From Macrostomum lignano (Eukaryota): a stretch of DNA of 64,000 nucleotides. The stretch spans positions 62,001-126,000 of the forward strand of contig NIVC01000065.1 in assembly GCA_002269645.1 (NCBI GenBank), given 5' to 3'. The position numbers were made by a program, and so were the translations under genes. Shown in pieces: positions 35,224-49,446 of the stretch. The notes under the pieces were generated by a model. It saw only the letters and a program-made list of their open reading frames with translations. It ran no database searches and was not told the DNA's origin. Position 1 is the first letter of the stretch; each line of letters opens with the position of its first letter.

Positions 35224-35862
35224 GCAGTGTCTACCCTATGCAGTGTCTACCCTATGCAGTGTCTACCCTATGCAGTGTCTACCCTATGCAGTGTCTACCC
35301 TATGCAGTGTCTATCCTATGCAGTGTCTACCCTATGCAGTGTCTACCCTATGCAGTGTCTACCCTATGCAGTGTCTACCCTATGCAGTGTCTATCCTATG
35401 CAGTGTCTACCCCATGCAGTGCCTATCCTATGCAGTGTCTATCCTATGCAGTGTCTATCCTATGCAGTGTCTACCCTATGCAGTGTCTACCCTATGCAGT
35501 GTCTACCCTATGCAGTGTCTACCCTATGCAGTGTCTACCCTATGCAGTGTCTACCCTATGCAGTGTCTATCCTATGCAGTGTCTACCCCATGCAGTGCCT
35601 ATCCTATGCAGTGTCTATCCTATGCAGTGTCTATCCTATGCAGTGTCTACCCTATGCAGTGTCTACCCTATGCAGTGTCTACCCTATGCAGTGTCTATCC
35701 TATGCAGTGTCTATCCTATGCAGTGTCTACCCTATGCAGTGTCTACCCTATGCAGTGCCTATCCTATGCAGTGTCTACCCTATGCAGTGTCTACCCTATG
35801 CAGTGCCTATCCTATGCAGTGTCTACCCTATGCAGTGTCTACCCTATGCAGTGCCTATCCTA
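35224..35862. repeat. 16-bp minisatellite x~40 directly upstream of the SKOR acceptor
   Basis: Unit CTACCCTATGCAGTGT. Confidence 0.98.
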
Positions 35863-36579
35863 CAACAGTCAGTCTCCTTTGCTTGGCTTATCAGAGCTCA
35901 TAATTTTTCAATTGCCAGGATTTCAGGAGATTTGGCGTAAAATTTCCCAATCTCCGCCCTCGCTCAGCTCATTCCGGCAGTTCGCTTCCCAAAAAATAAT
36001 TTGGCAGTCTGAGTGAATAATCGAGGCGGACTCAGCCTCGAGAAAGTTGATCCATGCGCTCTCGTCATCTTTCAGTTTCCATTCCCCGTCACTTTCTCTC
36101 TTCCCATCCGTTCCCGCTAGGAAGATCATCATTTACGACGCTGAATGGGGCGGAGTTCTGCTCTATCATTCTTTGTAAAAAAACCTCATCTACCATTGGA
36201 ATAATTGAATCAAACACAGGGATAGATAATTAAACAGGGAAACGGGAGCTGGAAAGGAATAAAAGAGCTGCCAAAATTGCTGCAGTGTCAGATTAAATAA
36301 TTGGTTTTGGTCGGTCGAAATGGATTTGTTATTAATTGGTAATTGCATTAGCGCGTAGGCCTGCATGGATTCCCTAAATAGTGTCAGCTTGTGGAATCCT
36401 CCACTTCATCCCCAGTCTCATCTGCGCCACTGACTTTTCCCGCCAAGTCAGTCAGTCAGTCAGTTTAGGAGGCATAGATGGGCAAGCAGTCACAACCATT
36501 CCGCTGGCTGCTGGGCACTCTGGGTGTACAGCGTCCCTGACTTTCGTATCGGAAGGCGTCGTCTCTAAATGATTTTCCA

Positions 36580-37410
36580 TCAGGTTCACTCATTTCATCC
36601 CAAGATTCTCTCATTTTCTTCAGATTCACTCATATCATCCCAAGATTCTCTCATTTTCTTCAGATTCACTCATTTCATCCCAAGATTCACTCATTTTCTT
36701 CAGATTCACTCATTTCATCCCAAGATTCTCTCATTTTCTTCAGATTCACTCATTTCATCCCAAGATTCTCTCATTTTCTTCAGATTCACTCATTCCCACT
36801 CATATTCACTCATTCCCCCCTCAGATTCACTCATTCCCCCGTCAGATTCACTCATTTCACTCAGTTTACTCATAGCCTCAGATTCACCCATTCCCCTCAG
36901 ATTCACTCATTTCAGCCTCAGATTCACTCATTCCCACTCAGATTCACTCATTCCCCCCTCAGATTCACTCATTCCGCCGTCAGATTCACTAATTTCACTC
37001 AGTTTACTCATAGCCTTGGATTCACCCATTCCTCTCAGATTCACTCATTTCAGCCTCAGATTCACTCATTCCCCCGTCAGATTCACTCATTTCACTCAGT
37101 TTACTCATAGCCTCGGATTCACCCATTCCTTTCAGATTCACTCATTTCAGCCTCAGATTCACTCATTCCCCCGTCAGATTCACTCATTTCACTCAGTTTA
37201 CTCATAGCCTCAGATTCACCCATTCCCCTCAGATTCACTCATTTCAGCCTCAGATTCACTCATTTCAGCCTCAGATTCACTCATTTCAGCCTCAGATTCA
37301 CTCATTTCAGCCTCAGATTCACTCATTTCAGCCTCAGATTCACTCATTCCCCCTCAGATTCACTCATTCCCACTCAGATTCACTCATTTCACCCTTAGAT
37401 TCACTCATTT
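36580..37410. repeat. Compound minisatellite (40-bp then ~21-bp units, core CAGATTCACTCATT)
   Basis: Direct observation. Confidence 0.93.
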
Positions 37411-38404
37411 AAATAAAAATTTCAGTCTTAGTCACGCTCATAAATCATACTTATTTCCCTATAGCCATGCATAGATAGAGTTAAGTTAGCTAATCTCGTT
37501 AAGTTTGCTGTCTTTGCTTTCAGTTTCTAATCACTCAGTGGCACCTTTGTTATTCTCTTGTATTTTCTAATCACGGAGGAGTGTTGCAACCCCCCCCCCT
37601 GCTGCTTGCGGCTTAGTCACTGATCAGCTTTCGCTTCGTGAAGTTTCTCACAGAAAGACAGAGACCCGCAGAAAAGTTGAAAAAGGTTTCTCAAAAGTTG
37701 ATTAGGTGAACAGGAACCATTTGCGAGATGGGCAACTGTCCATGCAGCACACGCAAGGATTAAAGTTTTAGCAGCTCCTGCACAGCTCAAAAAGGTGCCA
37801 ATTTCCTGTGCTGGTCTCTGGGACTTGGCTTATTGAAGGCTCATGTCGAGACCTGTGCTCAGAGTTTATTAATCACTGACTGAGTTCATCTGGAGTCATG
37901 CAGCCTCAGCTTAGGAATATTTCCGCTCTAACTTTCCGTCATCATCCGCTCCAAGTTTTTAGGGAAATCTTTTTAATCAAATAAATTTCCCGGCAAAAGA
38001 AGATTTAGTCAGGGATTAACTCTTTTATGGGGCCAGCTAATGCAAACAGAAAAACTGATTCAGAAATCGTTTTGTTGAGTTGAGCTCGCGGCTCGATTCT
38101 ACAAATGAAATCATTGGTGCATTGTTAAGCTTATTTTCAGGCTTTGAGGCCTTTTACAGGAACGCAATTAGCAAATCCAAGTGTACCGTGCTTAACTCCC
38201 AAACATGTTTCAATTATCCATAGACTTGACTTCACTGATCGAGCCAAAACAATTTTCATACTGTTCTGGCTTTTATCAGGAGGATTGGCCAACCGATAAG
38301 CTCTTTAATTAGCTCTATATAGAAACAAAGGAGAGTAGAAGAAGCTTTGCATCAAAATTTGAGTCCAAATTCAGAATTTGTAAGTTCGCATTAGCGCCAA
38401 AGAA

Positions 38405-38922
38405 ATGGGTGATCAGGCGCCATTATAGAAATAAGTGATCATGCGCCATAGAGATGAGTGATCAGGCGCCATAGAGATGAGTGATCAGGCGCCATAGAGA
38501 TGAGTGATCAGGCGCCATAGAGATGAGTGATCAGGCGCCATAGAGATAAGTGATCAGGCGCCATAGAGATGAGTGATCAGGCGCCATAGAGATAAGTGAT
38601 CAGGCGCCATAGAGATAAGTGATCATGCGCCATAGAGATAAGTGATCATGCGCCATAGAGATGAGTGATCATGCGCCATAGAGATAAGTGATCAGGCGCC
38701 ATAGAGATAAGTGATCAGGCGCCATAGAGATAAGTGATCAGGCGCCATAGAGATAAGTGATCAGGCGCCATAGAGATGAGTGATCAGGCGCCATAGAGAT
38801 AAGTGATCAGGCGCCATAGAGATAAGTGATCAGGCGCCATAGAGATAAGTGATCATGCGCCATAGAGATGAGTGATCAGGCGCCATAGAGATGAGTGATC
38901 AGGCGCCATAGAGATGAGTGAT
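38405..38922. repeat. 23-bp minisatellite x~22
   Basis: Unit GATCAGGCGCCATAGAGAT[G/A]AGT. Confidence 0.97.
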
Positions 38923-39629
38923 AAAAGTTTTTTTCGTGTCTTTTAGCTAACATTTCGCGCTGTAACCCTACTCTCCTGAACAAAGACCGCATCAAAAGGC
39001 TCAATATTGCTAAAACGAACATTTAATTGACTGACCCGCAGGAATTCAAGCACATTATTGAATTGTCATTTCTTATTCTGCAGGACGCGAGAGACAATTT
39101 AGACTGATTTTAACGACTCTTCCAGCCAGTTATTGAGAAATCAGAGAAACGCAGACTGGAGCATTGCAGATTCATAACACTTCTGACCGGATTTCGCCTG
39201 GTCAGACAACTGGTTCACATCTGAGCATTGCAGCCAAGTGTTTACTCAGTTAAATCTCCGTGATCCCCAATTTAACGATGTGTGAAACGCGCGCGGCCGT
39301 ATCGCGGTGCAGTCCTCATTTATATCCACTGATAATTTGTGTTTTATGACTTCTTGCACTGTCATGCACCACATGCAGTCATTGCCCCCTGAGTCCAATA
39401 CTTATGCCCATTGATATTTACAACACTTCCCTAATTAATGCAAATTATTCAGAAAATTCATAATTTTAGCGAGAATTAATTAGCATGAACGCATTGGGGC
39501 CTTCTTATAACTGAGATTTACTGTCTGTTATTTATTATTGTCACTTAACGCCTTAAGTTGAAATTAATGGGCCTGTGGCTTGAGCTGCATTATTAAAATT
39601 TGAGGTGATTAAGGGGATTCTTAGACCTA

Positions 39630-42355
39630 TTCAAGAGCGATTCTCTGGGGCGATTCTCTGGGGCGATTCTCAGAGGCGATTCTCAAAGGCGATTCTCAAA
39701 GGCGTTTCTCTAAGGCGATTCTCAGGCGCGATTCTCAGGCGCGATTCTCTGGGGCGATTATCTGGGGCGATTCTCTGGGGCGATTCTCTGGGGAAATTCT
39801 CTGGGGCGATTCTCTGGGGCGATTCTCTGGGGCGATTCTCTGGGGCGATTCTCTGGGGCGATTCTCAGAGGCGATTCTCAAAGGCGATTCTCTGGGGCGA
39901 TTCTCAGGCGCGATTCTCTGGGGCGATTCTCAGAGGCGATTCTCAAAGGCGATTCTCTAAGGCGATTCTCAGAGGCGATTCTCTGGGGCGATTCTCTGGG
40001 GCGATTCTCTGGGGCGATTCTCTGGGGCGATTCTCTGGGTGATTCTCTGGGGCGATTCTCTGGGGCGATTCTCTGGGGCGATTCTCTGGAGCGATTCTCA
40101 GGCGCGATTCTCTGGGGCGATTCTCAGAGGCGATTCTCTGGAGCGATTCTCTGGGGCGATTCTCTGGGGCGATTCTCTGGGGCGATTCTCGGGGCGATTC
40201 TCTGGGGCGATTCTCTGGGGCGATTCTCTGGGGCGATTCTCTGGGTGATTCTCTGGGGCGATTCTCTGGGGCGATTCTCTGGGGCGATTCTCTGGAGCGA
40301 TTCTCAGGCGCGATTCTCTGGGGCGATTCTCAGAGGCGATTCTCTGGAGCGATTCTCTGGGGCGATTCTCTGGGGCGATTCTCTGGGGCGATTCTCGGGG
40401 CGATTCTCTGGGGCGATTCTCTGGGGCGATTCTCTGGGGCGATTCTCTGGGTGATTCTCTGGGGCGATTCTCTGGGGCGATTCTCTGGGGCGATTCTCTG
40501 GAGCGATTCTCAGGCGCGATTCTCTGGGGCGATTCTCAGAGGCGATTCTCTGGGGCGATTCTCGGGGCGATTCTCTGGGGCGATTCTCAGGCGCGATTCT
40601 CTGGGGCGATTCTCTGGGGCGTTTCTCTGGGGCGATTCTCAGAGGCGATTCTCTGGGGCGATTCTCTGGGGCGATTCTCAGAGGCGATTCTCTGGGGCGA
40701 TTCTCAGGAGCGATTCTCTGGGGCGATTCTCAGAGGCGATTCTCAGGAGCGATTCTCTGGGGCGATTTTCTGGGGCGATTATCAAAGGCGATTCTCAGGG
40801 GCGATTCTCAGGAGCGATTCTCTGGGGCGATTCTCTGGGGCGATTCTCTGAGGCGATTCTCTGGGGCGATTCTCAGAGGCGATTCTCTGGGGCGATTCTC
40901 TGGGGCGATTCTCAGAAACGATTCTCTGGGGCGATTCTCAGAGGCGATTCTCAGGAGCGATTCTCTGGGGCGATTTTCTGGGGCGATTATCAAAGGCGAT
41001 TCTCAGGGGCGATTCTCAGGAGCGATTCTCTGGGGCGATTCTCTGGGGCGATTCTCTGAGGCGATTCTCTGGGGCGATTCTCAGAGGCGATTCTCTGGGG
41101 CGATTCTCTGGGGCGATTCTCTGGAGCGATTCTCAGGCGCGATTCTCTGGGGCGATTCTCAGAGGCGATTCTCTGGAGCGATTCTCTGGGGCGATTCTCT
41201 GGGGCGATTCTCTGGGGCGATTCTCGGGGCGATTCTCTGGGGCGATTCTCTGGGGCGATTCTCTGGGGCGATTCTCTGGGTGATTCTCTGGGGCGATTCT
41301 CTGGGGCGATTCTCTGGGGCGATTCTCTGGAGCGATTCTCAGGCGCGATTCTCTGGGGCGATTCTCAGAGGCGATTCTCTGGAGCGATTCTCTGGGGCGA
41401 TTCTCTGGGGCGATTCTCTGGGGCGATTCTCGGGGCGATTCTCTGGGGCGATTCTCTGGGGCGATTCTCTGGGGCGATTCTCTGGGTGATTCTCTGGGGC
41501 GATTCTCTGGGGCGATTCTCTGGGGCGATTCTCTGGAGCGATTCTCAGGCGCGATTCTCTGGGGCGATTCTCAGAGGCGATTCTCTGGAGCGATTCTCTG
41601 GGGCGATTCTCTGGGGCGATTCTCTGGGGCGATTCTCGGGGCGATTCTCTGGGGCGATTCTCAGGCGCGATTCTCTGGGGCGATTCTCTGGGGCGTTTCT
41701 CTGGGGCGATTCTCAGAGGCGATTCTCTGGGGCGATTCTCTGGGGCGATTCTCAGAGGCGATTCTCTGGGGCGATTCTCAGGAGCGATTCTCTGGGGCGA
41801 TTCTCAGAGGCGATTCTCAGGAGCGATTCTCTGGGGCGATTTTCTGGGGCGATTATCAAAGGCGATTCTCAGGGGCGATTCTCAGGAGCGATTCTCTGGG
41901 GCGATTCTCTGGGGCGATTCTCTGAGGCGATTCTCTGGGGCGATTCTCAGAGGCGATTCTCTGGGGCGATTCTCTGGGGCGATTCTCAGAAACGATTCTC
42001 TGGGGCGATTCTCAGAGGCGATTCTCAGGAGCGATTCTCTGGGGCGATTTTCTGGGGCGATTATCAAAGGCGATTCTCAGGGGCGATTCTCAGGAGCGAT
42101 TCTCTGGGGCGATTCTCTGGGGCGATTCTCTGAGGCGATTCTCTGGGGCGATTCTCAGAGGCGATTCTCTGGGGCGATTCTCTGGGGCGATTCTCAGAAA
42201 CGATTCTCTGGGGCGATTCTCAGGCGCGATTCTCTGGGGCGATTCTCTGGAGCGATTCTCTGGAGCGATTCTCTGGGGCGATTCTCCGGCGTGATTCTCT
42301 AGGTGATTCTCTGGAGCGATTCTCTGGAGCGATTCTCAGGGGCAATTCTCTGAGG
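39630..42355. repeat. 13-bp minisatellite (GGGGCGATTCTCT) with higher-order repeats
   Basis: Identical ORF-track peptides recur at 206-bp and ~1.04-1.07-kb spacing. Confidence 0.98.
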
Positions 42356-42892
42356 CCACCTAAAGATGATTGCCAATGGACAGATTCTAAGCAGCAAGCG
42401 TTTCTTAACGGCGATTCTCACGGGCAAATTTCACAGGTTATTTTTCGGGACAATTCTTAAGGGGTTGATGGAGTTTTTATGTGGCGATCTAACTATAGCA
42501 ATTCTGTTAGTTGGGGCGGTTCTTCTCTACAAATCCATAGAAAATCTGCTTTACCGAAAGCTCAATCTCAAGCCCTGGGACTTACCAAGTTTGACGAATA
42601 GGATAATTCAACTGAACTGCGAAAATGCAAAAAGTGAAATTTGTTGGTCAGAATTTTTTTAAATTCGTGGGTTTATCCGCTTCAAAAGTGGATGCAAGTC
42701 GCTTCTAGGGGGAGGGGGGCGAATTCAAACAAAAATTATCCCCTTATCCAAGGGTGACAGCAGATTGGGAAAACTATCCCACCGCGCCGACCAATGGGAT
42801 TCCGCGTCAGCTGCTCTCCCATTGGCTGGACTGAAATCCCCACAAGCAGATGCGCCTCCCGCACAACTCCCACTGAAGCATGGATTGCGAAT

Positions 42893-43822
42893 CGGACTGT
42901 AGATTCTGGCACTCCGACTGTAGATTCTGGCACTCCGACTGTAGATTCTGGCACTCCGACTGTAGAATCTGGCACTCCGACTGTAGATTCTGGCACTCCG
43001 ACTGTAGATTCTGGCACTCCGACTGTAGATTCTGGCACTCCGACTGTAGAATCTGGCACTCCGACTGTAGATTCTGGCACTCCGACTGTAGATTCTGGCA
43101 CTCCGACTGTAGATTCTGGCACTCCGACTGTAGATTCTGGCACTCCGACTGTAGAATCTGGCACTCCGACTGTAGATTCTGGCACTTTCACTGTAGATTC
43201 TGGCACTTTCACTGTAGATTCTGGCACTCCGACTGTAGATTCTGGCACTCCGACTGTAGATTCTGGCACTCCGACTGTAGAATCTGGCACTCCGACTGTA
43301 GATTCTGGCACTCCGACTGTAGATTCTGGCACTCCGACTGTAGATTCTGGCACTCCGACTGTAGATTCTGGCACTCCGACTGTAGATTCTGGCACTCCGA
43401 CTGTAGAATCTGGCACTCCGACTGTAGATTCTGGCACTCCGACTGTAGATTCTGGCACTCCGACTGTAGATTCTAGCACTCCGACTGTAGATTCTGGCAC
43501 TCTGACAATAGATTCTGGCACTCCGATTTATAGATTCTGGCACTTAGACTCTGTAGATTCTGGCACTTAGACTCTGTAGATTCTGGCACTTAGACTCTGT
43601 AGATTCTGGCACTTAGACTCTGTAGATTCTGGCACTTAGACTCTGTAGATTCTGGCACTTAGACTCTGTAGATTCTGGCACTTAGACTCTGTAGATTCTG
43701 GCACTTAGACTCTGTAGATTCTGGCACTTAGACTCTGTAGATTCTGGCACTTAGACTCTGTAGATTCTGGCACTTAGACTCTGTAGATTCTGGCACTTAG
43801 ACTCTGTAGATTCTGGCACTTC
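42893..43822. repeat. 21-bp minisatellite switching to a 23-bp variant
   Basis: GTAGATTCTGGCACTCCGACT to about 43500, then GTAGATTCTGGCACTTAGACTCT. Confidence 0.98.
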
Positions 43823-44510
43823 GATTCTCAAGGCTGAATCTCGAGGGCGATACAGTCTTGTATACACAATACAGATTATAGATCAAATCACATAGATATT
43901 GGTTTCCATCTACTAAGCCACTCTCTATTAGCAATAATCATATAACAGCATAATCCGCTGTGTGTATTTGGAACACGGTTTGTCATTAATGATTGCATAA
44001 TATCAGGGTGTTGTTATACTCAACAAAACTATATTATCAAATTTATAAAATTCTCATCTAGCGTCATAGCATATAATGCATGGCCCAGCATGGTTGGCTT
44101 GCCTTGCTCAAGACTGCACCTGGGGCCCCCCGAGTATACCAGCAGCTCAGTTTGTTATAAATGCACCATCGCAACCGCCTTTAATTCATGAGGGTCCGCC
44201 ACATTGTTTGGTCCCCTTAATGCGCATATAGCCATGCGCAAGTTGTCACGTCAATCTTCACTTTCTCTGTAAGCGCCTGCCAGTCTGTCTGTGCTAACCA
44301 TCTTCACCCAATTGAGCACAGGAGTGGCGGAGATCTTCCTTATATATTTATAACTCACAATACCCAACCGCCTGCCACGTGCCGTATTGAAACAGTATAT
44401 AAATTGAAGTGGTCATATTTGCCCAAGGATGTCTAATTTTGGTTCTATCTGGTCGGGTTTAGATTTAAATAAATTCGCACTAATTCGATTTAAATCATAA
44501 TCACCAAGGG

Positions 44511-44883
44511 GCGCCAGCACCAAGGGGCGCCAGCAGCAAGGGGCGCCAGCACCAAGGGGCGCCAGCACCAAGGGGCGCCAGCAGCAAGGCGCGCCAGCAC
44601 CAAGGGGCGCCAGCAGCAAGGCGCGCCAGCAGCAAGGCGCGCCAGCACCAAGGGGCGCCAGCACCAAGGGGCGCCAGCACCAAGGGGCGCCAGCACCAAG
44701 GGGCGCCAGCACCAAGGGGCGCCAGCACCAAGGGGCGCCAGCACCAAGGGCGCCAGCACCAAGGGGCGCCAGCACCAAGGGACGCCAGCACCAAGGGGCG
44801 CCAGCACCAAGGGGCGCCAGCACCAAGGGGCGCCAGCACCAAGGGGCGCCAGCACCAAGGGGCGCCAGCACCAAGGGGCGCCT
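44511..44883. repeat. 16-bp GC-rich minisatellite x~23
   Basis: Unit CACCAAGGGGCGCCAG. Confidence 0.97.
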
Positions 44884-45294
44884 GATATTTATGCCTAACT
44901 ACGACAGAGCCAGTTAAAAATTTGCTGCTTATCTGCCCACCTAGGGCTTCCAGTTCAAGTAGCAAGGAGGTCCCTGAAGAATACAGAACAAAGCCCCTCC
45001 GCCCACACTCCAGCCACCATAACGGATGAAGGACATAACAATTGTTGTGCGGACTTCCCTGCCTAGTAATTAAGGTGACCCCGTGTGTCCAAGCGTTTCG
45101 CAATATATGCATACTAGTGACGAGTAAAATTAATGTGGCCTGAATAATATCATATAGCTAATGTGGAGTAATTTTGCCAAAATTTTTAGCCTTACTTTCA
45201 TTGATGCTTATCGACTAATCCATTATGGACTGCGTCAGACTGCGTCCAGCTTGTTAGTGAACCGTTCTGAAACCCAATATTGTTCACCTACACA

Positions 45295-46250
45295 CGTTTA
45301 TAACAGGTGACATCCTTAATTTTTAACAGTTCACATTCCAAATCTGTTACAGGTAACATTCTTACTTTGTAACAGGGGACATCCCTAATTTGTAACAGGT
45401 GACATCCCTAATTTGTAACAGGTGACATCCCTAATTTGTAACAGGTGATATACCTAATTTGTAACAGGTGACATCCCTAATTTGTAACAGGTGATATACC
45501 TAATTTGTAACAGGTGATATACCTAATTTGTAACAGGTGACATCCCTAACTTGTAACAGGTGACATCCCTAATTTGTAACAGGTGACATCCCTAATTTGT
45601 AACAGGTGATATACCTAATTTGTAACAGGTGAAATTCCTAATTTGTAACAGGTGATATACCTAATTTGTAACAGGTGAAATTCCTAATTTGTAACAGGTG
45701 ATATACCTAATTTGTAACAGGTGAAATTCCTAATTTGTAACAGGTGATATACCTAATTTGTAACAGGTGACATCCCTAATCTGTAACAGGTGACATACCT
45801 AACTTGTAACAGGTGATATACCTAATTTGTAACAGGTGAAATTCCTAATTTGTAACAGGTGATATACCTAATTTGTAACAGGTGACATCCCTAATCTGTA
45901 ACAGGTGACATACCTAACTTGTAACAGGTAATATACCTAATTTGTAACAGGTGACATTCCTAATTTGTAACAGGTGACATTCCTAATTTGTAACAGGTGA
46001 CATTCCTAATTTGTAACAGGTGACATCCCTAGTTTGTAACAGGTGACATACCTAACTTGTAACAGGTGACATACCTATCTTGTAACAGGTGACATACCTA
46101 TCTTGTAACAGGTGACATCCCTAATTTGTAACAGGTGACATTCCTAACTTGTAACAGGTGACATCCCTAATTTGTAACAGGTGACATCCCTAATCTGTAA
46201 CAAGTAAAACTCTTTTGTAACAGGTAAAACTTTTGTAACAGATAAAATTT
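45295..46250. repeat. 23-bp minisatellite x~38
   Basis: Unit TGTAACAGGTGACATCCCTAATT. Confidence 0.97.
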
Positions 46251-46774
46251 TTTGTAGAAGCTAACACATTAAAAAGTACCGCAACTGTAGGCAGTCTTCT
46301 AAAAGTCTTCTAAAAACTTTGAAAAGTCTACAAAGTTCAAGCATCAATTTGTTATAACGCATCAAACAAAACGCCATTAATGAGTTTTATATGGCAGACA
46401 ATAAAACAGTGAAATTATTGCCGATATATATAAGCTTTCGCACTTTATCTAATAGGTATATACCTGTACCCATTAGGCGAACTAGGCATTGGGCTAAGGT
46501 TATGGAAACTCTTGTCTGTAGAATATAGCATATAAGCCAGAATTGTATGAATAAATAAGCATATTAAAATTTCAACTAACGACTGACAATAGTCGGCAAA
46601 ATGCATGCAATATATTCATTTAAAATTACTTTATTGATGAGTTTTAGTCTAGTCTTCACTCCGCGGGCAATTTTGCAGTGAGTTTTTGCCGCACAAATGC
46701 ACTTTTTAATCCTATCGTTTGTATAAGCTTTACTGAATTTTTTCTATAGGGTATAGGCACGTTGAAGAAATAGT

Positions 46775-49446
46775 ATATAGAGAGGAGAGAATAAATAGGA
46801 AAGAGGAGAAAGAAAATAGGGAACGAGAGAGTAGATAAGTAGAGAAGAGAGTAGACAGGTAGAGGAGAGAGTAGATAGGAAGAGGAGAGAGTAGATATTG
46901 GAGAGGAGAAAGTAGACAGGGAAGAGTAGAGAGTAGATATGGGAGAGGAAAGAGTAGATGGGAGAGGAGAGAGTAGATAGGGAGAGGAGAGAGTAGATAG
47001 GAAGAGGAGAGAGTAGATAGGAAGAGGAGAGAGTAGATAGGGAGAGGAGAGAGTAGATAGCGAGAGAAGATAGGAAAGGAGAGAGTAGATAGGAAGAGGA
47101 GAGAGTAGATAGGAAGAGGAGAGAGTAGATAGGAAAGGAGAGAGTAGATAGGAAGAGGAGAGAGTAGATAGGAAGAGGAGAGAGTAGATAGGAAGAGGAG
47201 AGAGTAGATAGGAAGAGGAGAGAGTAGATAGGAAAGGAGAGAGTAGATAGGAAGAGGAGAGAGTAGATAGGAAGAGGAGAGAGTAGATAGGAAGAGGAGA
47301 GAGTAGATAGGAAGAGGAGAGAGTAGATAGGAAGAGGAGAGAGTAGATAGGAAAGGAGAGAGTAGATAGCGAGAGAAGATAGGAAAGGAGAGAGTAGATA
47401 GGGAGAGGAGAGAGTAGATAGGAAGAGGAGAGAGTAGATAGGAAGAGGAGAGAGTAGATAGGGAGAGGAGAGAGTAGATAGGAAGAGGAGAGAGTAGATA
47501 GGAAGAGGAGAGAGTAGATAGGAAGAGGAGAGAGTAGATAGGAAGAGGAGAGAGTAGATAGGAAAGGAGAGAGTAGATAGGAAGAGGAGAGAGTAGATAG
47601 GAAGAGGAGAGAGTAGATAGGAAGAGGAGAGAGTAGATAGGAAGAGGAGAGAGTAGATAGGAAGAGGAGAGAGTAGATAGGAAGAGGAGAGAGTAGATAG
47701 GAAAGGAGAGAGTAGATAGGAAGAGGAGAGAGTAGATAGGGAGAGGAGAGAGTAGATAGGAAGAGGAGAGAGTAGATAGCGAGAGAAGATAGGAAAGGAG
47801 AGAGTAGATAGGAAGAGGAGAGAGTAGATAGCGAGAGAAGATAGGAAAGGAGAGAGTAGATAGGGAGAGGAGAGAGTAGATAGGAAGAGGAGAGAGTAGA
47901 TAGGAAGAGGAGAGAGTAGATAGGGAGAGGAGAGAGTAGATAGGAAGAGGAGAGAGTAGATAGCGAGAGAAGATAGGAAAGGAGAGAGTAGATAGGAAGA
48001 GGAGAGAGTAGATAGCGAGAGAAGATAGGAAAGGAGAGAGTAGATAGGGAGAGGAGAGAGTAGATAGGAAGAGGAGAGAGTAGATAGGAAGAGGAGAGAG
48101 TAGATAGGGAGAGGAGAGAGTAGATAGGAAGAGGAGAGAGTAGATAGGAAGAGGAGAGAGTAGATAGGAAGAGGAGAGAGTAGATAGGAAGAGGAGAGAG
48201 TAGATAGGAAGAGGAGAGAGTAGATAGGAAGAGGAGAGAGTAGATAGGAAGAGGAGAGAGTAGATAGGAAGAGGAGAGAGTAGATAGGAAGAGGAGAGAG
48301 TAGATAGGAAGAGGAGAGAGTAGATAGGAAGAGGAGAGAGTAGATGGGGAGAGGAGAGAGTAGATAGGGAGAGGAGAGAGTAGATAGGAAGAGAAGAGAG
48401 TAGATAGGAAGAGGAGAGAGTAGATAGGAAGAGGAGAGAGTAGATAGGAAGAGGAGAGAGTAGATAGGGAGAGAAGAGAGTAGATGGGGAGAGGAGAGAG
48501 TAGATAGGGAGAGGAGAGAGTAGATAGGAAGAGAAGAGAGTAGATAAGTAGAGAAGAGAGTAGATGGGGAGAGGAGAGAGTAGATAGGAAGAGGAGAGAG
48601 TAGATGGGGAGAGGAGAGAGTAGATAGGGAGAGGAGAGAGTAGATAGGAAGAGAAGAGAGTAGATAGGAAGAGGAGAGAGTAGATAGGAAGAGGAGAGAG
48701 TAGATAGGAAGAGGAGAGAGTAGATAGGGAGAGAAGAGAGTAGATATGGGAGAGTAAAGAGTAGATAGGGAGAGGAAAGAGTAGATAGGGAGAGAGGAGA
48801 GTAGACAGGAAGAGGAGAGAGTAGACAGGGAAGAGGAGAGAGTAGATATGGGAGAGTAAAGAGTAGATAGGGAGAGGAAAGAGTAGATAGGGAGAGAAGA
48901 GAGTAGATAGGGAAGAGGAGAGAGTAGATAGGAAGAGGAGAGAGTAGATAGGAAGAGGAGAGAGTAGATAGGGAGAGAAGAGAGTAGATATGGGAGAGTA
49001 AAGAGTAGATAGGGAGAGGAAAGAGTAGATAGGGAGAGAGGAGAGTAGACAGGAAGAGGAGAGAGTAGACAGGGAAGAGGAGAGAGTAGATATGGGAGAG
49101 TAAAGAGTAGATAGGGAGAGGAAAGAGTAGATAGGGAGAGAAGAGAGTAGATAGGGAAGAGGAGAGAGTAGATAGGAAGAGGAGAGAGTAGATATGGGAG
49201 AGTAAAGAGTAGATAGGGAGAGGAAAGAGTAGATAGGGAGAGGAGAGAGTAGATAGGGAGAGGAAAGAGTAGATAGGGAGAGGAGAGAGTAGATATGGAG
49301 AGGAAAGAGTAGATAGGAAGAAGAGCGAGTAGATATGGGAGAGTAAAGAGTAGATAGGGAGAGGAAAGAGTAGATAGGGAGAGGAGAGAGTAGACAGGAA
49401 GAGGAGAGAGTAGACAGGAAGAGGAGAGAGTAGATAGGAAGAGGAG
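46775..49446. repeat. 20-bp polypurine minisatellite (~2.7 kb)
   Basis: Unit GAGAGTAGATAGGAAGAGGA. It explains the 921-aa ORF. Confidence 0.98.
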
